A stretch of DNA of 64,000 nucleotides, taken from positions 704,001 through 768,000 of the forward strand of contig OY781089.1 in the NCBI GenBank assembly GCA_963676565.1, read 5' to 3'. A program made the translations under genes and the position numbers. The stretch is from Halarcobacter sp. (GTDB lineage Bacteria > Campylobacterota > Campylobacteria > Campylobacterales > Arcobacteraceae). Every line of letters starts with the position of its first letter. Position 1 is the stretch's first letter. This document shows positions 8,924-18,629 of the stretch, one piece after another. The notes under the pieces were generated by a model, which worked only from the letters and a program-made list of their open reading frames with translations, was not told the origin of the DNA and made no database searches.

Positions 8924-11900
8924 TTAAAAGAAACACACCTTATTTCTTCCACTTTTTTTAGCTTGGTATAAAGCATCATCAGCACGTTTTATCACAGTTT
9001 CAATTCCATCATATTCTGTTGTTACAGTAATCCCAAAACTTGCAGTCTTTTTACCAACTTTTTCAAAATTAAAATTTTCAATTTTTACTCTTAGTTTTTC
9101 AGCAAAAGCTGTTAGATTTTCTTTATTTGTTTTTGGAACAATTATTACAAACTCTTCACCACCCCATCTTCCAACATAGTCAGTTTCCCTAACAGAGTTT
9201 TTAAGTAAATTTGCAAAAGAGATTAAAATTTCATCTCCTACTAAATGTCCAAAATTATCATTTGTTGATTTAAAATAATCTATATCTAAGATACAAAATC
9301 CAAAACTACATTCAAACCTTCTACATCTAGTTATTTCATCTAATAAAATTTCATCTAGTTTTGTTCTGTTATAAACACCTGTAAGTTTATCTGTAATTGC
9401 TAGTTTTTCAAGTGCGATATTTTTATCTTCAATCTCTTTTTGAGCTTTTTTTAACAAGGTATTAGTTTTTTCAATCTCTTGTTTAGCTTTGTATATTTTT
9501 ATATTCCAATAAACAATTAAAAGAATAAAAAAAGTAGCTATAAAAATAACTTTCCATACAAGTGTATAGTCAGTGACTTTTTGTTGTTCTACAGCTATCC
9601 ATTTTCTAAAAATACGATCTTTGTTTTCTTTGCTAATACTTGTAATTGCTTTTTGAATAATACTAAAAAGCTCTTTTTCTGTTTTTATAGTTCCATAAGA
9701 TAAATTGTAATCAATGGGAAGTTTTCCAATAATTTTTAGATTATACATCTCATTTTTATCAATGGCATAACCAATAGAAGATGTTGAATCTATATAACCG
9801 TAAACTTTATCTTCTTGAACTAGTTTTAAACCCTCATCTATTGATTTAATTTGTATTATTTGAGTGTTTGGGTAGAACTCTTTTATCTCTTCTTCCACTG
9901 CAGAACTTCTTATAACTGCAAACTTATTGTCCTTTATCTCCTCAAAACTATCAATAAAAAATTTATCTTTTTTAGTAACAATTACATAAGGAATATTATA
10001 AATTGGATTAGTAAAGTTTAAATATTCTGATCTAGCTTTAGTTTTTTTAGATAAAGATAAAATCTCACATTTTTTGTTTTTAACAGATTCTAATGATTCT
10101 TCCCATGAGTTTGTCTTAACTAATGATATCTTTTTGGAAATTTTTTTAGAAATTAATTCCTTAATATCTGAGCCCATTCCAATATGTTTATTATTTTCAT
10201 CTATTGCTTCAAAGGGCATCCAGTTAGGAGATACGCATATTTTTAATTCATCTTTTTTGTTTAAATATTCTTTCTCTTTTGTAGTTAAAAGGCTGTTATT
10301 ATATGTTGGGGTTTCTTTTCTTGGTTGTATTAATCCTTTAGCGTTTAAGCCAATCCATTTATTTGTTAAATTTCTCCACTCTTGAGGCTCTATTGCTTCT
10401 AAGCCTTTTTGCATAATACTATATAGTAAAGGTTGATCAGTATTTACACCAAATCTTAAATCTTCACGATTTACAGTTTTTAAATTCAATTCATCAATTG
10501 CTTTGATATTTGATAATGCATTTTTCTTTATGTAATAGTTCATTGTTAAAAGATTCATTATGGCAATATCAATTTTTCCATAACTTAATGCTTTTGCCAT
10601 CTCTTCAATACTCTCATTCTCAACTAAGGTAATTCCATCCATCTCTCCCACTTCCTTAGCATAGAAAATACTTTTTTGAACACCAACTTTTTTACCTTTA
10701 AAACTTTCTAATCCTTTGTATTCACCAAAGTCATCACGTATAAAAATTAATGTTGGTATCTCATAATAAGGTTTTGTAAATAAAGTGAACTCTTCTCTTT
10801 CTTTTTTGTGTGAAATATCAGCAATGATTTTTGTTTCTTTGGCTTTAAAACGTTGAAGATTAGGAACCCATTGTCCTATAACTCTTTTAAATTTTAAACC
10901 TGTTTTCCCTTCTATTAAAGATAATATATCATCTACGAAACCTTGATAAACTCCATTTCTTTCAAAAGAAAATGGTGAAAAATCTTGCATTACAGATATA
11001 GGTACAACTTTATTTTTTTCAATATAATTTATCTCTTGTTTTGTTAAATCTGCTATATTTTCTATTTTTTGAAACAAGATAGATTGGTATTCATAAAAAG
11101 GTTTAGTCATACCCTTTTCAATAAAAAAGTCTCCCATTTTTTTTACTTTTTTATAATCTACACTCCCTATTGGATAAATATTTGGAAGCATCATTTTTTT
11201 TGTTTCTTGTGCCTCAAAAAGAAGGTGTCCTTTACTCTTTTTTTGAGTGTTGTATTTTTCTAAAATTAAATCTACAACTTCTTCTTCATGGCTTAGGGCA
11301 TATTCCCATCCTTTATTTGAAGCTTCAATAAAATTCTTTACAAGTTGGGGATTATTTTCAACAAATTCTTTAGATGAAAATAGATTTACATCATACATCT
11401 CAATACCATAATTGTTTGGGTCTAAGATATTGTGTCTAATCCCATCTTTTCTCAAAATATAAGGTTCATTTGTTAGAAAAGATGAGTAAGCATCAACTTT
11501 TTTATCTATAAAATCTTGGATGTTAAAAGATGAGGGAATAATTTCAATATCATTTATATTTAAACCAAACAGTTGAAACATTTGATGATAATTTACACTA
11601 TCAAAATCAGACCTAGGAATCATTAGTTTTTTACCGGCTAATTCTGAAGGTAAAATTATATCACTTTGGGTGATTATTGCTAAAGGGGATCTTTTAAAGT
11701 AATTAGCCAATAAAACTAAAGGCCTTCCTTTCATTGCTTGCTCTATTACACTACTACCCCAAATACCAAACTCTTTTTCACCATTTATTACCTCTTGTGC
11801 AATGTCAATATCTGCATCATATTCAAAAAGTTCTACGTCAAGTCCAATATCTTTATAATATCCAACTTCCTTCGCTACATAAAAACCTGCAAATTCAAAT

Positions 11901-12004
11901 TGATGTTTCCACTGTAAACGTAAAGATACTTTTTCTAAAGTAGTTGCATGAAGTGTAAGAAAAAAGAAAAAAGAAATTAGTAATATTTTTAAAAGCTTTT
12001 TCAC
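8924..12004 (-). CDS. Membrane diguanylate cyclase with one NMT1/THI5-like and two PBPb periplasmic binding domains
   Basis: LQWKHQFEFAGFY N-terminal domain, two solute-binding repeats, TM, DKLTG...RWGGEEF...ADDALYQAK. Confidence 0.88.
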   Translation of the reverse strand: MKKLLKILLISFFFFLTLHATTLEKVSLRLQWKHQFEFAGFYVAKEVGYYKDIGLDVELFEYDADIDIAQEVINGEKEFGIWGSSVIEQAMKGRPLVLLANYFKRSPLAIITQSDIILPSELAGKKLMIPRSDFDSVNYHQMFQLFGLNINDIEIIPSSFNIQDFIDKKVDAYSSFLTNEPYILRKDGIRHNILDPNNYGIEMYDVNLFSSKEFVENNPQLVKNFIEASNKGWEYALSHEEEVVDLILEKYNTQKKSKGHLLFEAQETKKMMLPNIYPIGSVDYKKVKKMGDFFIEKGMTKPFYEYQSILFQKIENIADLTKQEINYIEKNKVVPISVMQDFSPFSFERNGVYQGFVDDILSLIEGKTGLKFKRVIGQWVPNLQRFKAKETKIIADISHKKEREEFTLFTKPYYEIPTLIFIRDDFGEYKGLESFKGKKVGVQKSIFYAKEVGEMDGITLVENESIEEMAKALSYGKIDIAIMNLLTMNYYIKKNALSNIKAIDELNLKTVNREDLRFGVNTDQPLLYSIMQKGLEAIEPQEWRNLTNKWIGLNAKGLIQPRKETPTYNNSLLTTKEKEYLNKKDELKICVSPNWMPFEAIDENNKHIGMGSDIKELISKKISKKISLVKTNSWEESLESVKNKKCEILSLSKKTKARSEYLNFTNPIYNIPYVIVTKKDKFFIDSFEEIKDNKFAVIRSSAVEEEIKEFYPNTQIIQIKSIDEGLKLVQEDKVYGYIDSTSSIGYAIDKNEMYNLKIIGKLPIDYNLSYGTIKTEKELFSIIQKAITSISKENKDRIFRKWIAVEQQKVTDYTLVWKVIFIATFFILLIVYWNIKIYKAKQEIEKTNTLLKKAQKEIEDKNIALEKLAITDKLTGVYNRTKLDEILLDEITRCRRFECSFGFCILDIDYFKSTNDNFGHLVGDEILISFANLLKNSVRETDYVGRWGGEEFVIIVPKTNKENLTAFAEKLRVKIENFNFEKVGKKTASFGITVTTEYDGIETVIKRADDALYQAKKSGRNKVCFF

Positions 12005-12078
12005 TAATACTCCAAGGGTGATTTATTTTATTTTATAATAAATAAGATAAAGATATAGAAAGAAATGATTTTTGCTTT

Positions 12079-12094
12079 AGGAACACTTCTTGCA
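12079..12094 (+). promoter_or_regulatory. sigma-54 promoter of nifN
   Basis: AGGAACACTTCTTGCA (GG-N10-GC). Confidence 0.8.
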
Positions 12095-12123
12095 TCTACT
12101 CTTAAAACTCTTTAGGAATAGAT

Positions 12124-13410
12124 ATGGAAGCAATTAGTTCAAAACCATTACAGCTTAATCCAATTAAACTATCTCAACCAATGGGCGCGATGCTTTGTTT
12201 TTTAGGTATAAAAAACTGTATGCCTCTTATGCATGGTGCGCAGGGGTGTGCTTCCTTTTCAAAAGTTTTCTTCACAAGACACTTTAATGATCCAATTGCT
12301 GTTCAAACAACTGCAGTTAGTGATATTACAGCAGTTATTGATGGTGGAGATTATTCTATATCTGAATCAATAAAAAACATTACGAAAAAAGTAAAACCAG
12401 ATTTAGTAGGTCTTTTTACAACTGGTCTCACAGAAACAAAAGGGGATGATATAAGAGGTGCTTCCCTTTTAGTTAAAGACCAACAAGATATGGTTTATGT
12501 AAATACTCCAGATTTTGAGGGTTCTATTGAAAGTGGTTTTGCAAAATCTGTTGAAGCTATAATTGATCAAAAAGTAGAAGAAACAGAAAAGATTGATAAA
12601 ACAAAAGTAACAATTATTCCAAATGTAAATCTAAAGCCAATAGAGGTTGAAAAAATCAAAGATACTATTTCTTTATTTGGTTATGAGGCTTTAGCCCTTC
12701 CTGATTTAAGTGATTCTCTTGATGGTCACCTAGGATTAAAACAAGGAGCTTTAACTTCAGGTGGAATAAGTTTTGATGAAATAAAAAACCTAGCTTCCTC
12801 TTCCCTTGTGATTTCAATTGGAAGTTCTGTAAAAAAAGCAGGGGAAAAACTCAAAGAAAAAAATGAAAATATAAAACTTTTTCATTTTGATTCACTTGGT
12901 GGATTAGAGGAAAGTGATAGGTTTTTTAAAGTTTTATGTAAAGAAAAAAATATATCACAACCCCATCCAAGTATTGTAAGATGGAGAAAAAGGTTACAAG
13001 ATGCCTTATTAGATTGCCATTTTGCAATAGGAAGCTCATCTGTTGTTTTAGCCCTAGAGCCAGATCAGTGTATCTCAGTAGCTAATACAATTATTGAAGC
13101 TGGAGCAAACATAAAAGCAATTGTTACAACCCATAAAAACGACTTATTAGATGAAATTGAATGTGAAAATTTATTAATTGGTGATTTTGAAGATGTTGAA
13201 AAATATTTAAGTGATAGTGAAGTTTTAATCTCAAGTTTTCATGGGGAAAGATATACAATGAAACACCATAAGGCTTTGATGTTAAGAGGTTTTCCAGATT
13301 TTGAAGGATTAGGGAATCAGCTTAAAAATGATTGTTTATATGAAGGAAGTTCATATCTACTTTTTGAACTTGCTAATTTAATTAATACCCACAGGCATCA
13401 TGGAGCATAA
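12124..13410 (+). CDS. nifN: FeMo-cofactor scaffold NifN
   Basis: NPIKLSQPMGA, HGAQGC, RHFNDPI, TGLTETKGDD, PDLSDSLDGH, LQDALLDCHF. Confidence 0.95.
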   Translation: MEAISSKPLQLNPIKLSQPMGAMLCFLGIKNCMPLMHGAQGCASFSKVFFTRHFNDPIAVQTTAVSDITAVIDGGDYSISESIKNITKKVKPDLVGLFTTGLTETKGDDIRGASLLVKDQQDMVYVNTPDFEGSIESGFAKSVEAIIDQKVEETEKIDKTKVTIIPNVNLKPIEVEKIKDTISLFGYEALALPDLSDSLDGHLGLKQGALTSGGISFDEIKNLASSSLVISIGSSVKKAGEKLKEKNENIKLFHFDSLGGLEESDRFFKVLCKEKNISQPHPSIVRWRKRLQDALLDCHFAIGSSSVVLALEPDQCISVANTIIEAGANIKAIVTTHKNDLLDEIECENLLIGDFEDVEKYLSDSEVLISSFHGERYTMKHHKALMLRGFPDFEGLGNQLKNDCLYEGSSYLLFELANLINTHRHHGA

Positions 13411-13789
13411 AATGAGCATAAATCTAAATAGACCTATAGTCCCAGCTATTGCAATTGAGATGATAAGTGGAAGAACAAGATTAATTGGAATTCCAAAAGA
13501 AAAAATCCAAGTGGTTATCACTCTACCAGATATAAAAGAGTTTAATAAAGAGTTAAATGAAGCCATAGAATTTTTTAAACATAGAGCAGATTCTTTTGTA
13601 ATCACATCAAGCAAGAAAGAAGAGTGCAGTGATGTGATGGATAAATTTGATTTAAATGAACACCTAATCTCAAATGAACACAGAGATTTTTCAAAAATAT
13701 TTAAAATGAGAGATGAAGCTAAAAAACTAAAAAAATCACTAATGATAATAGATACAAATTGTCAAATTACACATAAGGATGTTTTATAA
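13400..13789 (+). CDS. Thiol-peroxidase(Tpx)-fold protein lacking the peroxidatic motif
   Basis: KIQVVITLP and KSLMIID segments match the next ORF and the Tpx layout; start may be a few codons later. Confidence 0.5.
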   Translation: MEHKMSINLNRPIVPAIAIEMISGRTRLIGIPKEKIQVVITLPDIKEFNKELNEAIEFFKHRADSFVITSSKKEECSDVMDKFDLNEHLISNEHRDFSKIFKMRDEAKKLKKSLMIIDTNCQITHKDVL

Positions 13790-14311
13790 ATGGAAGTAAC
13801 TTATAAAAAAGAGGTTTTCAGCCTAGGAAAAAGAGAAAGAAAAGTTGAGAGTGAAGCTCCAGCAGTTAGAGTTAAAATGATAAATGAAGATACAAAAGTG
13901 ATTGGTATGATGGCACCAAAAATCCAAGTTATGATTACCTTACCTTGTATAAAAGCTTATAACAATGAGCTTCATAATATCTTAACAGAGTATTCATCAA
14001 AAATATTGGTTTATATTGTTACAAAAAGCAATGATGATAATTTAAAAAAGATAAAAGAAGAGTACTCAATAGAGGATGGATTTATCTCAAATGATTTTAA
14101 AAATTTTTCCCTTAAATTTGGAGTAAATATGAGTGATGAACTTATTGCAAAGTCTATTTTTATTGTTGATAAAGAAGGCATCATAAAATACAAAGAGATA
14201 CCTTCAAATATTGAAACAAGTTTTGATTTAGAAAAGTTCAAAACTACTCTTACCGAAGTTGTAAACTTCAAACAAAAGGGTCATACCCATGAAAATTGGA
14301 TGGGTGTATAA
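13790..14311 (+). CDS. Tpx/redoxin-like protein, degenerate active site
   Basis: VTYK...APAV...KIQVMITLP...FSLKFGV...AKSIFIVDKEGIIKYKEI follows the Tpx layout. Confidence 0.65.
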   Translation: MEVTYKKEVFSLGKRERKVESEAPAVRVKMINEDTKVIGMMAPKIQVMITLPCIKAYNNELHNILTEYSSKILVYIVTKSNDDNLKKIKEEYSIEDGFISNDFKNFSLKFGVNMSDELIAKSIFIVDKEGIIKYKEIPSNIETSFDLEKFKTTLTEVVNFKQKGHTHENWMGV

Positions 14312-14757
14312 TGTCTTTTTCTGATAAAACTAGAATGTGGTTATCTGCTAATGAATATGATTTAAATAATCTTAGTAAACAAGGAAAACATGGTAATTCT
14401 GCTGTAATGAAAGCAGCAAGGGAAGGTGAAACCCATATTGTAAGAGAGTTGATTGGATTAGGAGCAAATTTAGATCAAAAAAATGTTGATGGAAATTCTG
14501 CTTTGTGGAATGCATGTTTTGCTAACTCTTATGATTGTTTTTATGCCCTTATTGATGGGGGAATAGATATAAATTCACAAAATGTTAATGGTGTAACATC
14601 TTTAATGTATTGTGCAAGTGCAGGAAAAGAGGATTTTGTAAAACTCTTACTTGAATGTAATGCCAAAGCAGATTTAGAAAACCTTGATGGATTTAAGGCA
14701 ATTGATTTAGCTGTAACTCCTAAAATATACAAAATGTTAAAAGCTGCAACAAAATAA
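14311..14757 (+). CDS. Ankyrin-repeat protein
   Basis: GNSAVMKAA, GNSALWNAC and GVTSLMYCA repeats; TAATG coupling places the start at 14311. Confidence 0.88.
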   Translation: MSFSDKTRMWLSANEYDLNNLSKQGKHGNSAVMKAAREGETHIVRELIGLGANLDQKNVDGNSALWNACFANSYDCFYALIDGGIDINSQNVNGVTSLMYCASAGKEDFVKLLLECNAKADLENLDGFKAIDLAVTPKIYKMLKAATK

Positions 14758-14763
14758 AACTTT

Positions 14764-16017
14764 ATGCAAATTTTCCATGATAAAACTGAAATAACGCTCA
14801 AAAACTCTTTTGAGCAAACTGCTTTTATTGATTGGAGAACGCAACCTAGAAATTATAAGAGGTATCCAGAGTTTTTTAGAAGATATAAAATTGATGAGTT
14901 TGATGAGCTTAAATTTATAAAAAATTTTGGAAAAATTACCCAGACAAAAAAGTATGGTAAAGAGGAAGTAAGCCTTCGAACAAATCCCAGTGCAGGTGGG
15001 CTTTATCCTTGTGAGGTTTATATTCAAATTAGAGGTGTGAAAGGATTTTTAAGTGGTATTTATCACTATGAACCTTTAGAAGACAATCTTGTTTTAATCC
15101 ATGAATTAAGCAATGATGGACTGGAATACTATTTTGAAAAAAATAAACAATATAGATTTGTAATATTAATTAGTAATGTATACTTTAGAAGCTCTTGGAA
15201 ATATGAAAATAGAGCGATTAGATATTTACTTCTAGATACTGGTCACCAAATTGGTTCTATATATTCTTCTTTGAAACTTGAAGATATTGATTTTAAAATA
15301 GAATTTGAATTTGACAGAAACCTTATAAATGAATCTTTCGGTTTTGAGGGGTTTGAGTTTTTTCAAGTTGCAATATTAAGTGAGTTTTATAAAGAAAAAG
15401 AGACAAAAGCTTTAAGGGAAAACCTTGTAAATGTTAGTGCCTGTGATTATCAAATAAGAAATAGTTTTATTGATAATTTTATAAACCATTTAGAACATGA
15501 AAACTTCTCTTCAACAATACATTTTGATTTTTTAGAAGAACTAGAGAAAAAGAATTTAGAGGATTCAATAAATAAAAGAAGGTCAATTAGAGCTTTTAAA
15601 CAAGAAGCTATAACAAAAAATGATTTTAATCTTATCACTAAAGATATATTTGAATATTCCCACTCTTTTGGAATTGAAATATACATTATAGTCAATAATA
15701 TTATGGGTTTACAAAGTGGTATTTACAAAAATGTAACATTGTTAGAAGAGGGTAACTTTATAGAACATTCAAAAAAACTTGCCTTTAATCAAAAACTTGG
15801 CGGCGCTAGTTGTTTTACACTTTTTTTTACTTCAAAAGTAGATTCCAATTATATACAAAACTATATCTTATGTGGTTTCTTAGCTCATATGCTAAGTATA
15901 AGAGCTATAAATTTAGATATCGCATCAAGTGGAATTGGGGCATATTTTGATGATGAATGTAAAAAAACATTTAAAACCCAAAACAATATTTTATATTTGC
16001 AGGCAATTGGAAAATGA
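14764..16017 (+). CDS. SagB/ThcOx-type tandem nitroreductase-domain protein
   Basis: LRTNPSAGGLYP, WKY...RYLLLDTGH, second domain RRSIRAF...SGIGAYFDD. Confidence 0.88.
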   Translation: MQIFHDKTEITLKNSFEQTAFIDWRTQPRNYKRYPEFFRRYKIDEFDELKFIKNFGKITQTKKYGKEEVSLRTNPSAGGLYPCEVYIQIRGVKGFLSGIYHYEPLEDNLVLIHELSNDGLEYYFEKNKQYRFVILISNVYFRSSWKYENRAIRYLLLDTGHQIGSIYSSLKLEDIDFKIEFEFDRNLINESFGFEGFEFFQVAILSEFYKEKETKALRENLVNVSACDYQIRNSFIDNFINHLEHENFSSTIHFDFLEELEKKNLEDSINKRRSIRAFKQEAITKNDFNLITKDIFEYSHSFGIEIYIIVNNIMGLQSGIYKNVTLLEEGNFIEHSKKLAFNQKLGGASCFTLFFTSKVDSNYIQNYILCGFLAHMLSIRAINLDIASSGIGAYFDDECKKTFKTQNNILYLQAIGK

Positions 16018-16313
16018 GTAAAGAAACCTATTTAAACCTTTATAAAAAATATGAACTTTATCGAAGTGATATTTATATGCTTACAGAAGATAAACCTGCA
16101 GAGATTTTCTTTTTATTTGAAGAGGTATGTGAAGAGTTGGTTAAAGATAGAGCTATTAATAGACAACTACCACCAGAGTTTGTAAAAAATGCAAATCTTC
16201 TACTAGCACAAAACACTTTTGCAAATGTTTATTTCTCCTTTATTGATAATCGTGCTTTCTTTCTTAGTGATTTAATTGATTTCCTTGCCCTTATTAGAAG
16301 TGCCAAAAAATAG
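16014..16313 (+). CDS. Hypothetical protein
   Basis: 99 aa ORF overlapping the upstream stop by 4 nt. Confidence 0.65.
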   Translation: MSKETYLNLYKKYELYRSDIYMLTEDKPAEIFFLFEEVCEELVKDRAINRQLPPEFVKNANLLLAQNTFANVYFSFIDNRAFFLSDLIDFLALIRSAKK

Positions 16314-16337
16314 GCTATCTTTTATCTTTTTTTCTTG

Positions 16338-16353
16338 TGGAACACTATTTGCA
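16338..16353 (+). promoter_or_regulatory. sigma-54 promoter of the nifX operon
   Basis: TGGAACACTATTTGCA. Confidence 0.88.
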
Positions 16354-16383
16354 TATATACTCATAAATTTATGAGGATGTAAT

Positions 16384-16779
16384 ATGAGCAGTATAAAAAT
16401 CACATCGAACACATCAAGTGAAGGTATGTTACAAGTAGCCTTTGCAACTAAAGACTTAGAGAATATTGATTCACACTTTGGAAGTGCAAAACAGTTTGCT
16501 ATATATGATATTAGTAAAAACTCTATCTCTTTAAGCGAAATAAAAAAGGTTGAGGAGAAAGATACAGATAAAACTGTAGCTTTATTAAAAGGAGTTGATA
16601 TTGTGTATTTTACAAATGTTGGAGCAATAGCTGCAGCTAAACTTATCAATTCAGGGATATTTACAATTAAGTATAAAGAGGTTGTAGGTATTGAGGAAGA
16701 GACAAAAAAACTTCAAGATATGTTAAATGCAAATCCTCCTCCATTTATCAAAAAAATAATTGAAAAGAAGGCTGCATAA
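16384..16779 (+). CDS. nifX: Nitrogen fixation protein NifX
   Basis: VAFATKD...DSHFGSAKQFAIY...PPPFIKK. Confidence 0.9.
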   Translation: MSSIKITSNTSSEGMLQVAFATKDLENIDSHFGSAKQFAIYDISKNSISLSEIKKVEEKDTDKTVALLKGVDIVYFTNVGAIAAAKLINSGIFTIKYKEVVGIEEETKKLQDMLNANPPPFIKKIIEKKAA

Positions 16780-17216
16780 TGGAACTAAAAGAACTATTCT
16801 TAGACACACTAACGGGACAAATTAGAGCATTAGATCAATTTGGTACTTGGACTAATAAATCAGATGATGAACTTATTAAAGAAAAATATGTAAAAACAAA
16901 AGATGAATTAAAAGATATCCCAATTATTGCAGATATAGATGAGATGCAAATTAAAGATATTAGATTAATTTATCAAGCAGTTGCCCTTGCCTTTGAAAAA
17001 ATTACAGGTGTTATGGCTTCTGTTGTTATGGAGATGAGTCATGAAGGTTTTGGTCGAGTTGTAGTATTTGCAGATGATATTGTTCTTTGTGAAAAATACT
17101 TCAAAGATGCCCATAGATTTTCATTTAGAACATATGAAAAACTTGAAGAAGAGGGTGAGAAATATCTTAAAAAAGCTCAAGAGAAATACAACAAATATAA
17201 ATTAGAAACGGTGTAA
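16779..17216 (+). CDS. NifX-associated protein (DUF269)
   Basis: QIRALDQFGTW, MSHEGFGR, DAHRFSF; directly after nifX. Confidence 0.88.
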   Translation: MELKELFLDTLTGQIRALDQFGTWTNKSDDELIKEKYVKTKDELKDIPIIADIDEMQIKDIRLIYQAVALAFEKITGVMASVVMEMSHEGFGRVVVFADDIVLCEKYFKDAHRFSFRTYEKLEEEGEKYLKKAQEKYNKYKLETV

Positions 17217-17253
17217 GTAAAGTAAAAAAGACTATTTTGAAGGAGAAGAAAAG

Positions 17254-17775
17254 ATGGCAAAAATGGGAATTTTTTGTGGAACAGCAGGTGGTACATCAAT
17301 GGTTGTTGCAGATGCTTTGGCTGAGGCATTTGGTATAGAAGAGGACGATATTATCAATATGGAAGAGGATTTTGATGATATTGAACAATTTGAAGATTAT
17401 GATGTTTTATTTATAGGTAGTTCAACTTGGGGACAAGGGGATGTTCACTTTTCATGGGTTGATGCACAACTTGAAATGGAAGATGAAGAGATGGATTTAT
17501 CTGGTAAAACTGTAGCATTATTTGGTGCAGGGGATAGTGTAAAACATGGAGAACATTTTTGTTCTGCATTGGGAAAACTTCATAAAACATTTACAGGTTT
17601 AGGAGCAAAAGTTGTAGGTTATGTTCCTAAAGATGGATATAAATATGAGTTCTCTTTGGCACAAATGGATGATAAATTATGTGGTTTAGCTATTGATCAA
17701 CATAATGAAGAAGATAAAACAGAAGAAAGAATTGAAAACTGGATTTCAAGTTTAAAAACACAAATTCCAGCATAA
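17254..17775 (+). CDS. Long-chain flavodoxin (NifF-like electron donor)
   Basis: GIFCGTAGGTS, GSSTWGQG, VALFGAGD, CGLAIDQHN. Confidence 0.92.
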   Translation: MAKMGIFCGTAGGTSMVVADALAEAFGIEEDDIINMEEDFDDIEQFEDYDVLFIGSSTWGQGDVHFSWVDAQLEMEDEEMDLSGKTVALFGAGDSVKHGEHFCSALGKLHKTFTGLGAKVVGYVPKDGYKYEFSLAQMDDKLCGLAIDQHNEEDKTEERIENWISSLKTQIPA

Positions 17776-17795
17776 TCTGTAAGAAAGGATATATC

Positions 17796-18146
17796 GTGGC
17801 AACAGTAGAAGAATTTTATAGATGTAGAGATACAGAAGATTACTTTAAATTTTTTGGGATTGAATTTGATCAATCTTTAATAAATGTAAAGAGATTTCAT
17901 ATGATGAAAGAGTATGGAACACTTATTAAAAATGGTATTAACAATATTAAAGAGGAAAATAAACTTTTAGATTTCTTGAAATTTTCACTTTTAAGGGTTT
18001 ATGGTGATTATAAAAATGGACATGCACCAAGTGCTGCTGATGTTTGGAATATGTATGAAACTGGAAAACTTGAAGGTTGTTCATCATGTGGAACAACACC
18101 AGGTATGACTGGTTCAACTTCAACAGGTGGAAGTTGTGGCTGCTAA
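17796..18146 (+). CDS. nifW: Nitrogenase-stabilising protein NifW
   Basis: EDYFKFFGIEFD...NVKRFHMMK matches NifW; position before nifZ. Confidence 0.8.
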   Translation: MATVEEFYRCRDTEDYFKFFGIEFDQSLINVKRFHMMKEYGTLIKNGINNIKEENKLLDFLKFSLLRVYGDYKNGHAPSAADVWNMYETGKLEGCSSCGTTPGMTGSTSTGGSCGC

Positions 18147-18543
18147 GGGCTTAGACCATGATTATATAGTCGATCCTAATACATTCTTTCATGATAATGT
18201 AACAGGTCCTAGGTCAGGGAAAGATGAAGATGAACCCAAATTTGGAGTTGGTCAAAAAGTAAAACTTATAAAAGAGATTGTAAACGATGGAACATATCCA
18301 CATTCTCCAATAGGTACATTAATGATGCCAAAGGATTCAATTGGATATATAAAATCTGTTGGAGAATTTCTTCAGGTAATTAGAGTTTATGAAGTGCATT
18401 TTTTAGGTGTAGAAGAGGCTCCTGTAGAGATAGTTGGATGTAGAGAAAATGAACTTGAAGCTATGGAAGATTATAAAGATGAAGTTAGAGAAGAGATTGA
18501 GTGGATGAGAAAACACAGAGAGAAATACTACAGTAAAGATTAA
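18127..18543 (+). CDS. nifZ: Nitrogen fixation protein NifZ (start may be GTG at 18136)
   Basis: PKFGVGQKV...NDGTYP...GEFLQ...YEVHF...VGCRENEL. Confidence 0.92.
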   Translation: MEVVAAKGLDHDYIVDPNTFFHDNVTGPRSGKDEDEPKFGVGQKVKLIKEIVNDGTYPHSPIGTLMMPKDSIGYIKSVGEFLQVIRVYEVHFLGVEEAPVEIVGCRENELEAMEDYKDEVREEIEWMRKHREKYYSKD

Positions 18544-18546
18544 TCA

Positions 18547-18604
18547 TATGCTCCAAGTCAAACGAAAGAATTTTTTGGAATTTTTTCGTATGACTTGGAG
18601 CATA
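18547..18604 (+). other. Long intercistronic hairpin
   Basis: TATGCTCCAAGTCA...TGACTTGGAGCATA plus inner pairing; no U-tract follows. Confidence 0.7.
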
Positions 18605-18629
18605 ATTAATTTAATAAAGGAGAAGAAAC

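Noticed and set aside
14764..16017. RiPP (azole peptide) cluster suggested by the SagB-like gene
   Set aside because: No YcaO, E1-like protein, precursor or exporter nearby
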